From contig OZ024741.1 of assembly GCA_964016885.1 (NCBI GenBank), forward strand, positions 307,582,001-307,646,000: a stretch of 64,000 nucleotides of DNA, given 5' to 3'. The position numbers and the translations under genes were made by a program. The stretch comes from Eledone cirrhosa (lineage: Eukaryota). Below the pieces are notes generated by a model. The model was not told the origin of the DNA and searched no databases. It saw only the letters and a program-made list of their open reading frames with translations. Position 1 is the first letter of the stretch, and each line of letters opens with the position of its first letter. Below, piece after piece: positions 1 through 15,146 of this stretch.

Positions 1-1433
1 TAGTGTTTGATGGAGTGGGATGGAGTGGGGCTGTGTTCTTCAGGGGTGTTGTCTCTGTTTTTTCTGTTGTTGTTGGTTGAGTGTCTGTTTGTTTTGGTGT
101 GGTTGCTCGTTTCGTCTGTCGTTGTACTTGTGGTGGTGGTGGTGGTTGTTTTGGTGTTGGTGTTGGTAATAGCGTTTTTTTTATGATGTTGCTGTTGTGT
201 GTTTGTGGACAAGAGGCTTTTAGGTGAGATGTGCTACCACAGCGAAAGCAGTGAAATTTTCTTCCTTCTACCGAAATGTTTATTTTGTTGTTATTATCAA
301 TAACGACTCTTTCGGGTATTTTGGAGATTCTCTCCGGTTTCATTTGCAACAGAATCTCCAAATCGGTGCCCGCCCACCTTTGTCGAATGGATTTTCGTAT
401 CGAAAGTATTATGTCTGTTTCTGGCTCTACGAAGTCAGCCAAGATCCACCAGATGTTAATGCTTGGAGGTATGTTTTTTATTTTTATTTTTCGTGTCCTT
501 TTCCCCATGTATGTAGGGAAAAAGGTGTATGCTTTTGACACTATTGGTGTCACAGAGTTTTTTTGGGCCAGTGCCTCGCTTTTAAACAGTACGGAAACAC
601 TTCCGTACTGTTTTCCTCGCTGGAGAAAATCGACATTTCCTAGAATCTCCTTGAAAGAATCTTCTATATCTGACTGATTAACAAATGTCGGTTTTCTTGA
701 CGAATTTGACACAGTCCTAAAAGTGACTGATCGGCGGTTTGTGTCTTCCAAGGGGTGAGTTAATTCTAAACCCACCTCTTTCTTCGAAAGTTACAAATTT
801 TCTCCCTTGCTGGAGCATATCTCTTGCGTTGGAGATATCAAGATTTATAAAATCTTGTTTCTTGTTGACTGTGTCAGCAAAAGACATTTTCTTTTTTTGT
901 GTGATGTTGTTGTTAATAATGATGTTATCGTTGTTGGAAATTTTATGTGTAGATGTATCTGTAGAGTTGTTGATGTCTTTTTCATGTGTATGTATGTCAA
1001 TGGGTTTTTTTGCCGTGTTTTCCCGTGTGTTATTGTCATTTTTCTCCGCTTCGGCGGTAGAAATTGTAACATTTTCAAATGTTGATATATTTTTTTCTTT
1101 TGTGACAGTATCTATGGCAACGTCCATAGCAGCAGAAGCAGATATAACGTTAATATCTGCCTCTTTCTCTCTCTTTTCTCTATTAACGTTCTCCAGCGTT
1201 CTAGTGTTGCTCAAGTTTTTTTTTACTTTGTAAAATTTGATATTTTAAAACAAACTTTTAAATAAAATTTTCGCCCCTATAGGGGCGAAAAATGGGATTA
1301 CCATCCAGCTGACAATTCAGCTTGGGGGTTAATCTACAAAGTGTTGTATTTTTTTCAAACAATTAGATCGGTTTTTTGCATAGAAATTAACAAAAAACTT
1401 ACCGGCGATATTCCACACGTTAGACAGAAAGAG
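1..1433 (-). mobile_element. 5' part (5'UTR and decayed ORF1) of a Tx1/L1-clade LINE, runs off the left window edge
   Basis: Aligns by eye to 50391-51852. ORF 717-1214 contains MSFADTVNKKQDFINL. The 5' end abuts (GATA)n at 1434-1470. Confidence 0.9.
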
Positions 1434-1470
<37 letters not shown>

Positions 1471-1994
1471 TATTTCTTTATTAGCCACAGGGGCACAAAA
1501 GAAGGGGACAAATACAAAGGGGGAAGTTTACATACAATAAAAACGTGTAAAATGTTATCACAGATGGAATTTAAAAGTTAGTCGATTTTCCCCAATAGAG
1601 GGAGACAGTTTATATGGGTAACACATACCCCCGAAAAAATGTGCAACCCTCATCTCCAGGAGTACGAAGAGCTTGTACTCCTTTCCTCTCCTCCTCCTTT
1701 TCCTCAATCTACAGGCTGACACAGAGAGAAGGCCCATTCACTCGGGCCATTCTCGCCACTTTCACCCACCTTTCATAAAACTTGCTGCGGTACAGCACCT
1801 CTCTCTCCATCCTGATTCTTCTTCCAAAGTGGTATTTGAAAAAAAGAATCAGTTGTTGGCCGGAGAGAAAGGTGTCTGACCTCAGCCCTTTCAACCTTGT
1901 CCACCATACAACCTCCTTCGCCATAGCTATCACACAAAGGAAAACCGCCTCTCCTTCGTTTTTGAAGGAGGGTGGCGGTTTGATCATGACAATG
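1471..1994 (-). mobile_element. 5'-truncated 3' end of a Tx1-like LINE (ORF2 C-terminus and 3'UTR)
   Basis: ORF 1709-1987 AKEVVWWTRLKGL..FKYHFGRRIRMERE..KFYERW resembles L1/Tx1 ORF2 C-termini. Ends GGCTAATAAAGAAA+(TATC)n with GATA tracts on both sides. Near-identical copies at 51928-52368 and 59857-60232. Confidence 0.8.
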
Positions 1995-2231
1995 GATAGA
2001 TAGATAGATAGATAGATAGATAGTTTTATTTTAGTGCTTTTGTCTGTTTTGAACCTGATACTCTATATGTAAGTATGGATATACACACATACATATATAT
2101 ATATATATGAATCGAATAACTATGTGTATACTCTGGGAATGTATCTTACATTGCCCATGGAGTACGCTGAGATACAACCGCGGTCCTGGCATGGATAAAT
2201 ATGCTGGGTCCGTCAACTCATTATATATATA

Positions 2232-2908
2232 TTCCTTTGTCAGTGTTGAACAAACGAGCAACGATGGTTGCTAGACACTACGGCTTAATACGGGATGTTT
2301 GTTTACAAACATACCGAGCATTATAATAAATGTTCGGTGAATCCACACGTACATATATATATGTGTGTGCATGTATGTATATATATATACATACTACTGT
2401 ACGTCTGTATACATATATGTATGTATGTATACATACTTATATTTAAGTAACAGCCGTACTAAGAGTGGGAAATGAAATTTCGTTTCATTTTTTCCGTTTA
2501 TCGTTTTCAGTGCACCCGGCCGATTAACCCACTCGATATGCAAATTAGGCTGCTCAGCCGTTAATATGCATAAGGTAAGTATATACGTTCAACAATCTGG
2601 CAGGAAGGTATACGTTGCTGACGATAGCTAACAAGCTTGAAACTAGTACAGCGTTCCTTTGTCAGTGTTGAACAAACGAGCAACGATGGTTGCTAGACAC
2701 TACAGCTTAATACGGGATGTTTGTTTACAAACACACCGAGCATTATAATAAATGTTCGGTGAATCCATACGTACATATATATATGTGTGCATGTATGTAT
2801 ATATATGTGTACATACTACTGTACGTCTGTATACATATATGTATGTACGTGTACATACTTATATTTAAGTAACAGCCGTACTAAGAGTGAGAAATGAAAT
2901 TTCCGTTT
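2232..2908 (+). mobile_element. Retrozyme-like / PLE pseudo-LTR partial tandem (~422-bp unit, ~1.6 copies)
   Basis: Direct repeat 2232-2482 vs 2654-2905, with an HHR at the unit junction and (TA)n on both sides. Confidence 0.75.
2613..2653 (+). ncRNA. Minimal type I hammerhead ribozyme
   Basis: CGTTG-CTGACGA-t-AGCT-aaca-AGCT-t-GAAAC-TA-GTA^CAGCG. Stem I CGUUG/CAGCG, palindromic stem III ACTAGT. Confidence 0.85.
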
Positions 2909-2923
2909 ATATATATATATGTT

Positions 2924-3001
<78 letters not shown>

Positions 3002-3004
<3 letters not shown>

Positions 3005-3170
3005 TATTTCTCGGCATTGAAGACGCTATTTTTTTCCTTAAATAAGTCTAAAAAATCTAACATGCATCCTGGAGGCCGAAGGTTATTTATTATTTTTTTC
3101 TCAAATTTTTGGTTGTCAAAATTAGGGTCCGTCCTCGAGGATGAAGCATTTTCGGCACCAGGAAATACGG
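3002..3170. mobile_element. Tc1/mariner-pogo type MITE
   Basis: Imperfect TIRs TCGTATTTCTCGGCATTGAAGACGC / GCATTTTCGGCACCAGGAAATACGG with TA on both sides. Confidence 0.7.
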
Positions 3171-3782
3171 TATATATATATATATAAATGCGTGTGTTTA
3201 CACGGAATGTCTCATGCCCTATAGTCTGGCGGTTCCTTGTTGTTTATTCCTAGATAAGCCAGTGTTTCTGCAGGTGTATGATCAAAGGCTCTCCAGTCAT
3301 GGCTATTCAAGCAACTCTTTTTATCTAGTGAAAGTGTCTTAGAATGTAATGCTTCATCTAAATTCTTAATGAATTTAGATCTTGTTTGACTGTAATTTGG
3401 CTGCTATTTCTTGCGCCTGGAATATCACGTAAAGGCTTCCTAATACCCTTTTGCTTATTTCAGTTTATTAGTTTTCCGTCCATACAGATTGAGCAGATGT
3501 ATGATTTAAACGCGTTCCATCCCATCCTTGACTATATTCTCCAACACATCCTTCCATATTTCAGAGCGTATAGCGTGATGAGAGGGGCGATGTGGTCTGT
3601 TTTCCTTTGTTTAGTTGTCCAATCTTTTAGCTACATCAAAATCTTTAAACGAACATGTTATCACACTTAAACATCAGAAGTCATCTTTATATAAGCCAGG
3701 CATGATCGTAATCCTATAAGCATTTATTGTTTCTGTGTTAATATTATACAGTTAAGATATCATCGTAATTATCATCATCATC

Positions 3783-3970
3783 GGTGGATTGGCAGTATCG
3801 GTAGAGGGTCTGACGCTATGCTTTGCAGCAAAGAGTTACGGCCCTTTATGGTGTGAGTTCAAATCCCGACGAGGTTAACTTTGCTTTTCATCCTTACGGG
3901 GTCGATAAAATAAAGTACCAGTAATGCACTGGGATAATTGCTGGCCTTGTGCCAAAAGTAGAAACAATTA
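3783..3970 (+). mobile_element. tRNA-derived SINE, family 1
   Basis: A-box-like TGGCAGTATCGG, B-box GAGTTCAAATCCC, core ACTTTGC(C/T)TTTCATCCTTACGGGGTCGATAAAATAAAGTACCAG. More than ten copies in the window. Confidence 0.85.
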
Positions 3971-4029
3971 TCATCATCACTATCATCATCACCACCACCA
4001 CCACCACCACCACCACCACCAACACCACC

Positions 4030-4061
<32 letters not shown>

Positions 4062-4602
4062 AACCATCATCATTATCATCTTCCTCCCCCTCCTCATTAT
4101 CAACATCACATTTAGATTCACATTTCAAGGTTTGCCTGAAATGGACGGGTTCTCTCCAACGCTATATTCTTTCACTTTTTGAGCGATCACCATCTCTGGG
4201 GCGCTACTAGCTTTCAGTTGAAAGGCCCGGTACGTCTTCACCAAACGATTATCATCTCATATCCACACCATTTCAACCTACTTGGTCACTATATCATTAT
4301 GCTCAGCATTTCCTTCAACTCATGAGTGTTACGTACTGTAATCTAACACCACCCATGTAGCGGAGAGTTATAGCCAAACTATCTGAAGTCTTATATAGAA
4401 AGTGACGTTCATCTCTGTGGCGAAAAAGAAAAGGAAAATACAAATTATAATATATAAAAAGCATTCAGAGGCCCGGACGTTTTTACACATCTATAAATAA
4501 TATGTTGAAGATTCTAATTGGACAATGAAATAATAATATCTGTTGGTACAATTTTAAGCATTTACACACACACACACATATATATTATATATGATATATA
4601 TA

Positions 4603-4665
<63 letters not shown>

Positions 4666-4857
4666 ATATATATATATATATTTCTATGAACCTATATATC
4701 TACCTAGCTATGTATGCATGAATGGATGTATCTATGTATGTATACATATATATCTATATACATATATATATATATATATATATACGGGATGTTTGTTTAC
4801 ATATATATACGTATATATATATATATATATATTTAAATACCAGAATAAATTTTCATT

Positions 4858-4995
4858 CAGTACAGAATTAGCCGTCGAAACGGCTTGAGCTCAGCCGTCG
4901 GGGTCTTACTTGTTCCTATTACCCACTCTACTACCCTAAGTATTGAGTACTTTGGTGCGTTATGGTCCACCTGGTTCCTTACCACATTTCCTTCG

Positions 4996-5054
<59 letters not shown>

Positions 5055-5250
5055 TATAACGAAGGAAATATGGTAAGGAACCAGGTGGAACATAGCGCAC
5101 CAAAGTACTCAATACTTAGGGTAGTAGAGTGGGTAATAGGAACGAGTAGGACCCCGACGGCTGAGCTCAAGCCGTTTCGACGGCTAATTCTGGACTAAAT
5201 TAGCTGTCGAAACGGCTTGAGCTCAGCCGTCGGGGTCCTACTCGTTCCTA
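4858..5250. mobile_element. ~140-bp PLE-like pLTR remnant (family H): forward, inverted and partial forward copies
   Basis: 4858-4998 is the reverse complement of 5057-5196 across (TA)n. Contains the HHR 3' half GAAACGGC-ttgagctca-GCCGTC^GGGG. Confidence 0.75.
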
Positions 5251-5291
5251 TATATATATATATATGCATATATATATATATATATATATAT

Positions 5292-5610
5292 GTCGTTTCT
5301 GAATTTGTTTAGCAAGATTCTTTATCTGAAAACGTGTGTTGAAATCGATATTGTTATACTTTGGGAGGGTCATGTTGCCAATCGGAAACACACGTACCAG
5401 TTGCTTTTACTTCAATTTATTATAATAAATTTATAAATTTAGGAATTTATAAATTTCCGGCTGATTGGTTGGTTCCACAACCAGATGGTTGTTTATATAT
5501 TGTCAAAGTTCTTTCGTCACACATTCTGTGACCTCTTCAGTGACTGGGGATTCTTTTCTTTGTTTTTGTGCCTCTCCTTTGTTCTGTCCTACGCTATCTT
5601 GTTTCTGTGT
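5292..5610 (-). mobile_element. PLE 3'UTR/pLTR fragment, same family as the element at 34130-36065
   Basis: Aligns by eye to 34165-34430 and carries an HHR at 5502-5544. Confidence 0.8.
5502..5544 (-). ncRNA. Minimal type I hammerhead ribozyme
   Basis: Minus strand GTCA-CTGAAGA-g-GTCAC-agaatgt-GTGAC-GAAAG-AA-CTT^TGAC. Stems I and II pair. Confidence 0.8.
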
Positions 5611-6249
5611 GTGTCTACATATATATATATATGTATATGTATATATATATGTATACAAATATATATGTATACACACACATATATATATATATAGGTATAT
5701 ATATGTGTGTGTGCGTGTGTACGTGTATCTTTCGTTCCTTTCCCTTGGTTGGGGCCTCAGATCCCGATAGAGTCATAGGGGTGCCATCGTGTCATATGCT
5801 AAGTTATTGGTATTATAAATTCGGCGGAGACCCTCCGAATATTCTTTCAAATCGATAGTTAGAGAGGGAGAGGGAGAGGGAGAGACACACAGACAGAACA
5901 CATACATTTATGTTCCTCGTTGGTACATATATACATACTGTTTTAAGTATGTGCAGATTTAAGTTCTTGTTGTTTTTTAGTCTTCCCTCAACTCTGATCG
6001 AACAGGCCATGCTGGAGTGCCAACTTCAGAGATCTAGGTGATTGCGTCGACCCTAGAGCTTCATACAATTCCGTTTAGTTGGGTTTTTTTTTGCTACTGC
6101 TAATACACACACACACACACACACACGCACACACACATATATATATGCGTGTGTTGTGTGTATGTGTGTGTGTATGTATATATATATATATAATTTTTTT
6201 CTATGTTTGAGAATAAAACTAGGGAAAATATATATATATTAATTCAAAT

Positions 6250-6355
6250 TATAATTGTTTCTACTTTTGGTACAAGGCCAGCAATTGCCCAGTGTATTAC
6301 TGTTACTTTATTTTATCGACCCCGTAAGGATGAAAGGCAAAGTGAACCTCGGCGT
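6250..6355 (-). mobile_element. SINE family 1, partial
   Basis: TTTATTTTATCGACCCCGTAAGGATGAAAGGCAAAGT core in reverse orientation. Confidence 0.8.
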
Positions 6356-6452
6356 GAACCTTGCCAGAGGGCTGTTATATTACTAGAGGAACCTGAAAAC
6401 CAGGAAACATGGTATTAAATAAAAGGATAGCAGTAATAACAACCATGTGGAA

Positions 6453-6910
6453 CAGAAGAAGAAGAAGAAGAAGAAGAAGAAGAAGAAGAAGAAAGGGGAG
6501 GAGAAGAAGGGGAGAAGAAAGAGGAGAAGAAGGGGGGAGGAGGAGAAGAAGGGGAGGAGAAGGGGGAGGAGAAGGGGGAGGAGAAGGGAGGAGGAGGAGG
6601 AGGCTGGAGGATGATGATGACGAGGAGGAGGATGAGAAAAAGAAGAAAAAAAAAGACAGAAAGAAAGAAAGAAAGAAAGACAGAGAGAAAGCAAGCAGGA
6701 AAGAAAGACAGAAAGATGAAAATAGGAATACGAAAAGAAAAAGACAGCACCCTCGTCCTCCACCTCGTACTCTTCCTCCCCCTCCTCCTCATCCCCCTCC
6801 TCCTCCTCCTCCTCCTCCTCCTCCTCCTCCTCCTCCTCCTCCTCCTCCTCCTCCTCCTCCACTTCATCATCATCATCATCATCGTCATGATGATCTTCAT
6901 CATCAATATC
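6453..6910. repeat. Compound (GAA)n/(GGA)n/(CCT)n/(CAT)n low-complexity tract
   Basis: Direct reading. Explains the poly-R/P/E ORFs. Confidence 0.95.
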
Positions 6911-7367
6911 AACAGTAACAACAAGAAAAAGCAGGCTGGAAGAGAATTGAAATGACATTCGTGTGTAAGAATATTTGTCTAGTGTAGAGATAATGGTCTT
7001 AAATTTGATGAGCAAATTAGAAAATAAACAGATTAGACAAGAGACCGGCTGAAAGAGAAAAAAAAGGGGATAAATATGTAAATTTTAGATAGCTATCAAT
7101 CTCTTCTTCTCTTTTCCCCCCTCCTATCTCAGTGTCTGCCCCCTTCTCTTTCTCTCTATATATATATGTATGTAATATATATATATATATTTGAATATAT
7201 AAATGTATATATATGTATATATATATTATATATATATATATATGAGAGAGGGGGGGGGGGTGCGAGAGAGAGAGAAAGAGAGAGAGTGATTGATAGATAG
7301 ACATGCATATACTTGCATGGATGGATTAATTAATGGATAGTAGGATTAATAGATAGTTAAGTAGGCT

Positions 7368-7415
<48 letters not shown>

Positions 7416-8080
7416 AGCGAGAGAGAGAGAGAGAGGAACCGACAGAGAGAGATAGATAGGTGGATATCGTGAGAAGGAGAGAAACTCAGATAGTGAGTGA
7501 ATGTGAGAAAGAGATAGAGAGTGCTTGATGTTGAGAGAGAATGATAAAGAAAGTAGATACTAGTAAACCATGACAGATCGATAAAAAGTAAAATTAAAGG
7601 AAAAAAAGATAGAAAGAAGACACCAAAAATAAGATAATGATGGAACGAAAGAGAGAAAATGATTGAAAGATATAAAGAAAGAAAATAAGAATAAAATAAG
7701 AAAGAAGCGAGGCAGGCGTCAGTGATAAATAGAAAGGAATCATGAATGCATGTAAACATACAAGCAAGCACAAACAGAAATGAAAAAACATTAAGATATT
7801 AAGAATGAAAGATTGTAAACAAAATTAACCAGAACTGATGCAAAAAAACATTCCTCACTACCACCACCATTTTCACCAAAACCAACAACAACAAAAAAAC
7901 TTTAAATCCCCCCCCCCCGCCCCTCCCTCCCCCAAAAGAAAAATATATAAATAGAATGAAAATTAAGAGGAAAAGAGAAAAAATGCATAAAGTAAAAAAA
8001 AAAAATCGTAATGAAGATAAACTCAAAATAGAAAACCAGAAAAAGAGAAAAATAGTCAAGCGAATATCACGAAGCAAAGA

Positions 8081-8112
<32 letters not shown>

Positions 8113-8116
8113 ATGT

Positions 8117-8204
<88 letters not shown>

Positions 8205-10631
8205 GTACACATATAATCGAAAGAATTTCAGTTCAGTAGAGAAAGGGTTAGAGAGATGGAGTTGAGTGAGAGAAAATCAGAGAGAGAGAGAGAGTGGGCT
8301 AGAGAGAGAGAGAGAGGGGGGGGGGAGAGAGAGAGAGGGAGAGAGAGAGAAAGAGAGAGGGGGAGAGATAGTGTAATACAATAAGTGGATAAGTAATTAG
8401 ACAAAGAAGAAGTGTAAAAAAAAATGGCGGAGAAAGAAAAATGCAAAAATCAAGAAAGGAGTATGAAAACAAAGAAATATTATAGTAAATGGTATCATCT
8501 TGTTTTCTTTGTACTCAATTAATTGAATTATTTGTTTTGATGATGTTATTATGTTGTTCATGGTGTTGATGTTCTTGTCTCCTTTCTTTTTTATTCATTT
8601 CTTAGTTCCTTTGTCGGTTTGTTGTGATTGTTTTTGTTTTTCCTATATATTTTTTCTTGCCATCATTTTGATATCGTCTTTGAAAACAGACGTGGCAAAA
8701 ATTGATGATCGAGTGATGGAGTTTACATTTAAAACATATATTTTTTCTTTTTCTTTATTCCTTTTGTGTTTAGCGTGCTGAAAATTAATGAAAGCGATAG
8801 AACACTTAAACACATTTTTCCTCTTTGTTTTTCAACTTCGTATTTAGCATTAAAATATTTGGTAAATTTAAAATAAAAAGGATGATAAATAACAATAAAA
8901 ATGCTATAACTTAACTGAAACACAATTCTTTCAAGTAAAATATTTAGTGAGATTATATTTCAGCTAAACATATATTTCTTAAGCGTCTACAATTGCGAAT
9001 TTGATCAAGTGTACATAGTTCACGTTAAGAAGTACAGCTTTTTAATATTGATTTCTACGCTGTTTTTTTAAACTGTTTAGCTAACAGAGAAGTGGTAATT
9101 GCCATGATACTTTTGAGAGGTTTTAAGGTAAGTGAGTATCAGGACAGTATCCTCAATCCGGAGATCTAACCCGAATGCTTGCAACGGATTGATCTCCCCA
9201 AAATTCCCACATAGGCCACAAAGCCAAATTAAGGGTTGAATTGTTTTATATCTAAAAACATTATTTTCTGTTCAGAAACGAAACTTTGGGGGAATTTGAT
9301 CAATTTAACCAAACACGTCTTAACATGACAAAATTGATAAAATAAAATAAAATAAAATAAAATAAAATAAAATAAAATAAAAAATAGTTCGACATATTTT
9401 TTATTTGAGTTTATCACGACAAAACGTGATTATATTGGAACACTTCAGTCAAGTAACATCTCTTTCATCATGTTTAACATAGTATAAATCCATACAGAGT
9501 AAACCATTTAATCTGAGAACATATTTCATAGTGGTTAGTATGCCGAATTTATTAACGTTCAAACACTTTGGTTCATCAAATATTTTACTTCATATTTATC
9601 CCTCTACCCATACACCTATACATGCAGCCATTCACACAGCAAGCTGTTCAGCCATCCACCAAACTATCTAGTTAGCCATCCACCAAACTATCTAGTCAGC
9701 CTGCCAGCAAACTAGCCAACAATCAAGTTAACCATGCATCCATTCTTTCAGCAAAATCAACCGATCAAACAACCAGCCAACCAGCCAACTAGCTATACAA
9801 CCATTCATTTTTCCTTCATCTACTTATTGACCAACTGACTGACCGTTCCAAGTTTGACCAGTGATTAATTCATGATGGCCACCAGTACGAGTAGAAAAAG
9901 AATATAAACAACGAAATAAAACAATTTATGTCCTCTTCCTTCATTACTATTTTTCTTTCTTCTTAGTGAATTGCTTTTATCGTTTACCTGCTTCGTTATG
10001 CTCTTATTGTTGTTGTCGTCATTGTTATTATTGTTGCTGTTGCTGGTGTTGTTGTGTTATAAAGAATTACTTCCTGCAAACCCGAAATACCTTGGCCGAA
10101 CGACTGACCATTAGTATTAAACAAACGTCCAAATGTATTAAGAGAAAGATATTTTGATGATGCGCGTGTGTGGTGGCGGGTGTAAGTGTCCTTTCTTTTT
10201 GTTACTGTCGTTTATGTATGCTATTGTTGTTGTTGTTGTTGCTGTTGTTGTTGCTATTGCTGTTGTACTATATTTTCAAAGATATTCTCTGTCTCTAAAA
10301 CCATCACCAATATACTCTCATTCTCTTTCTCTCTCACTCTCTCTCACCCGTTCTCATTCTTTCCTTGTCGTTATGTTGTCTGTGTTGTTTTGTTTTTAAT
10401 TGTTATTGAAATCCCCTGTCCATCCTTAGTCTCTCGCCTCTACTTTGCTTTTCTTTATTTATATATCTCTTGTTAGGTTATTTATTTTTTGTTGAAGGTT
10501 TATGGGGCGAGAGTTCCATTTCTGTTAATATTTCTTTGACTTTATCTTTTATTTGTTTGTATTTTGTATGTTATATATTATTACCACCATTAATATTTCT
10601 GTTGATGTGTATTACTTTGTTCTTGATTAGT

Positions 10632-10850
10632 CGATGGATTGGTGGAATCATTAGAACACCGGACAAAGTCTTTTGTAGCATTTAGTTACGACCCTCTACA
10701 TTCAGAAATCAAATCCTGCCGAGGTCAACTTTGCCTTTCATCTTTCTGGGGTCGATAAAATAAAGTACCAGTCATGCACTGGAGGCGATGTACACGAATT
10801 TCCCCTCACCACAAAAATTGTTAGCCTTGTTTCTTAATACGAAACTATTG
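10632..10850 (+). mobile_element. SINE family 1
   Basis: Head GGATTGGTGGAATCATTAGA, degenerate B-box, core CTTTGCCTTTCATCTTTCTGGGGTCGATAAAATAAAGTACCAG. Confidence 0.8.
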
Positions 10851-11399
10851 TTATCAGTATTGTTATTTGTGTTGTTGTTATCATTGTAACTTTTGTTATT
10901 TTTGATGTTGTTGTAGTTATTCATTTAGTTATTCATTACGTTGGTAAACATATTACAATTTAGCAAATAACCAACTCCTACCCAGCTCACACAGAACATT
11001 CGTCCAATTCACCAATTTCCTCCACAAGTCCATTTGTTACAAGTTCTTCCATATCAAAAGAAAAACAAGAAAAAGAGAGCGAGAGAGAGAAAGAGAAATT
11101 AGAAAAGGAGGATGGGAATAAAGATACATTTAAAAAATATTTTTCCTCCCTTTTTTGTATGGTATGTCCTTGTTTTCTTTCCCCTATTAAAATTCTTCAT
11201 CTTACAAAATGTTTCACTTTGCTGTCCAGTTCATCTCTCCCCCATCCCCTTGCCTACCTCTTTCACTTTCGTTCTCTATCTCGTTTTTTATCGCCTCACC
11301 TCGCGTCTTTATCATCCTCGTCATCATCTTGTCTCCTTTCATCAGCACAATACATCGCTTAAGTAATTAATTATTCTCTTTCGGGGTGATTTATTGGTT

Positions 11400-12230
<831 letters not shown>

Positions 12231-12500
12231 TAACTTTGTATGTGTAGCCATCTCTCAAGAGACGCCATTGTGCAAGATTTCGAGCACTTCAATCGAGGCC
12301 CACGTAAATTGGATGGATTCTTGTAATAATTACACACATAGACACGCACATTCCAAATATGCATACGTACGTATACACATGTATACACAGACACACGCAT
12401 ACACACGCACACACACATATATATATATGTTTATATATACATATATATATATGCGTGTACACAAAGACGCACAGACAGACACACACACACGAACACACTC

Positions 12501-12533
<33 letters not shown>

Positions 12534-12685
12534 CATGCATACATATATACATAAATAAATATATATATATCTATACATACATACATACATAAGTACATAT
12601 ATACATACACACATACATACATACATACATACATATATACATACGTACATACATACATACATACATACATACATACATACATACA

Positions 12686-12716
<31 letters not shown>

Positions 12717-12790
12717 GTATGCACACAAAAAATGATATTATTTTCATTTATTGATTTTTCTAGAAATATTTTTTTTTGTAAATAACAACA

Positions 12791-12829
<39 letters not shown>

Positions 12830-14192
12830 GCATGTACGTATGTGTATGTATGTATATATGTGTGTGTCTGGATGTATGTACGTGAGTGTGTGTGTATGTG
12901 TGTATGTATGTACGTGAGTGTGTGTGTGTATGTGTGTGTAACTAATGTCGTTTTGGTTGTATCTAATTATTCTTCTATTTATTTATTTATCAAACTGCTT
13001 ATCTGCTTATCAAATATATTTATGGATTTATTCATTCATACATTAAATATTTCCTTGTGTATATATGTTTTTATTCAGGTTTATATTCATTTTTATAAGT
13101 ATTTTAGTCCTATTTTTACATGTGTTCTTTATGTATTTTTACATGTGTTCTTTATGTATTTTTATATGTATATTTACTTATTTATATATGTCATTATTAG
13201 CCAAAGACTATAGAATCTACATTTGCAATGTCCCTTCTGCATATTCCCACCCTCACCACTAACAACAACACCACCACCAACATCAACACCACCACCAACA
13301 TCAACATCACAAACGCTACCAACAACCTAACACAATCGCCACTATCACCATCCCCACAACCAATATCCTCACCAACAACACCAACGCCATCACTATCACC
13401 ATCACTGTCACGACACAACCACCAGCATCCCAGCACCAACACCCCTACTAACACACCCATCACAATCACTACCATCAGTAACAACACCACCTATGCAACA
13501 CAACTACCAATACCACCACCAAGACCAATGCCTACACCACTGTCAACACCACCACCACACCACCACCACCACCATTACTGCAAACACCACAACCAGCAGC
13601 AGCAGCACCACCACCACCAATGTCGCCGCCATCACCGCCATCACCGCCACCACCACCATATAATCTACCACTCAATTTCTTTTTTTTTCTCATCTATTTT
13701 TTTTTCATTCTTAATTTTTTCTTCTTTTATCAAACGTAGATCTATGTTTAGATATCTGAAATGACAAATTTGAAAGAGCGAACTCCCTATATATCTTACA
13801 TACCACTGGTAAATACATATATTATACTCAATGGGGTCTTCTCTGGCGCATACATACATACATACATACATACATACATACATACATACATACATACATA
13901 CATACATACATAGATACATACGTAAAAATATGTATTAAAATACATGCATGTATGCATATATAATTACATAGATTCACACATACCTAGACACATAACATAC
14001 ATACTTATATATATACATGCGTGCATGCATGCCTACACGTACATATACATTCATACAGACATACATATATACATACATACATGCGTACGTTCATAGATAT
14101 CTTTCTTTATTTGCCACCTAGATACATACATACACACCTAGATACATACAACATGCTCACATGCATAGATACATAAACATATATACATAATT

Positions 14193-14372
14193 GTTACTAC
14201 TTTTGGCACAAGGCCAACAATTAAGTACATTACTGGTACTTTATTTTATCGACTCCGTAAGGATGAAAGGCAAAGTTAACCTCGGCGGGATTTGAACTCA
14301 GACCATAAAGCGCCGTAACTCTTTGCTGCAAAGCACGGCGTCCGACCCTCTATCGATACTGCCAATCCACCT
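14193..14372 (-). mobile_element. SINE family 1
   Basis: Reverse complement of the 3783-3970 type (GGGATTTGAACTC B-box plus core). Confidence 0.85.
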
Positions 14373-15082
14373 TCTAGATATATATACATAATGGCTGCAA
14401 ACTGTGCTAAGAGTATTGCAATCGCTGGTCAGATTATAGTTTGGTGCACTTTTAGGCAAACGAACCTGTAACATATCCTGAACAAGCAGTGCTTTGAAGG
14501 GTTTTTTAAGATGGGGAAAGGCCTTGCACTCGACCAATCGCGCTCTCTGAGTATCGAAATCACTACCCGAAAAGGAGAACTATACATACATACATACATA
14601 CATACATACATACATACATACATACATACATGAATACATAATTTTTTGTCCTGCTAGGGACTTGTCTATGGCCAGCACTGCCGTGCATCGCAAAACAATT
14701 TCACATATCAAGCGATGCCTGTGCTACATCATTGGATGCAAACGAAGTCGCAGGTTTTATATCAGGGTGACCTTCTCCTAGAGAAATGTCGTAATGAAGA
14801 CTAGGGGTCAATCGCTAAAAAAAAATGAAAAAGATGTATTAGATGGCCGTTGAATCTCCTGAGTTCTTCCACCCTTTGATGGGTCTTGTTTTTCATCCCT
14901 TGGTTACATTCATGAATGCCTACATACATATATAGATGCATACTTATACACATACTACTTAAATATAAACACTCATATTGACAGATAAACGAACATACAC
15001 ACGCTCTCTCATATAAGCATTTCTACATGTATTTTTGTTGTTCAAACTCATAACCTCATATCTCTCTACCTCTCTCTCTCTC

Positions 15083-15142
<60 letters not shown>

Positions 15143-15146
<4 letters not shown>

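Noticed and set aside
224-1233. Plus-strand ORFs (also 50611-51609)
   Set aside because: Antisense shadows of the A-rich LINE ORF1.
3783-3870. tRNA gene
   Set aside because: A/B boxes are present but there is no complete cloverleaf, and the sequence continues into a dispersed SINE body.
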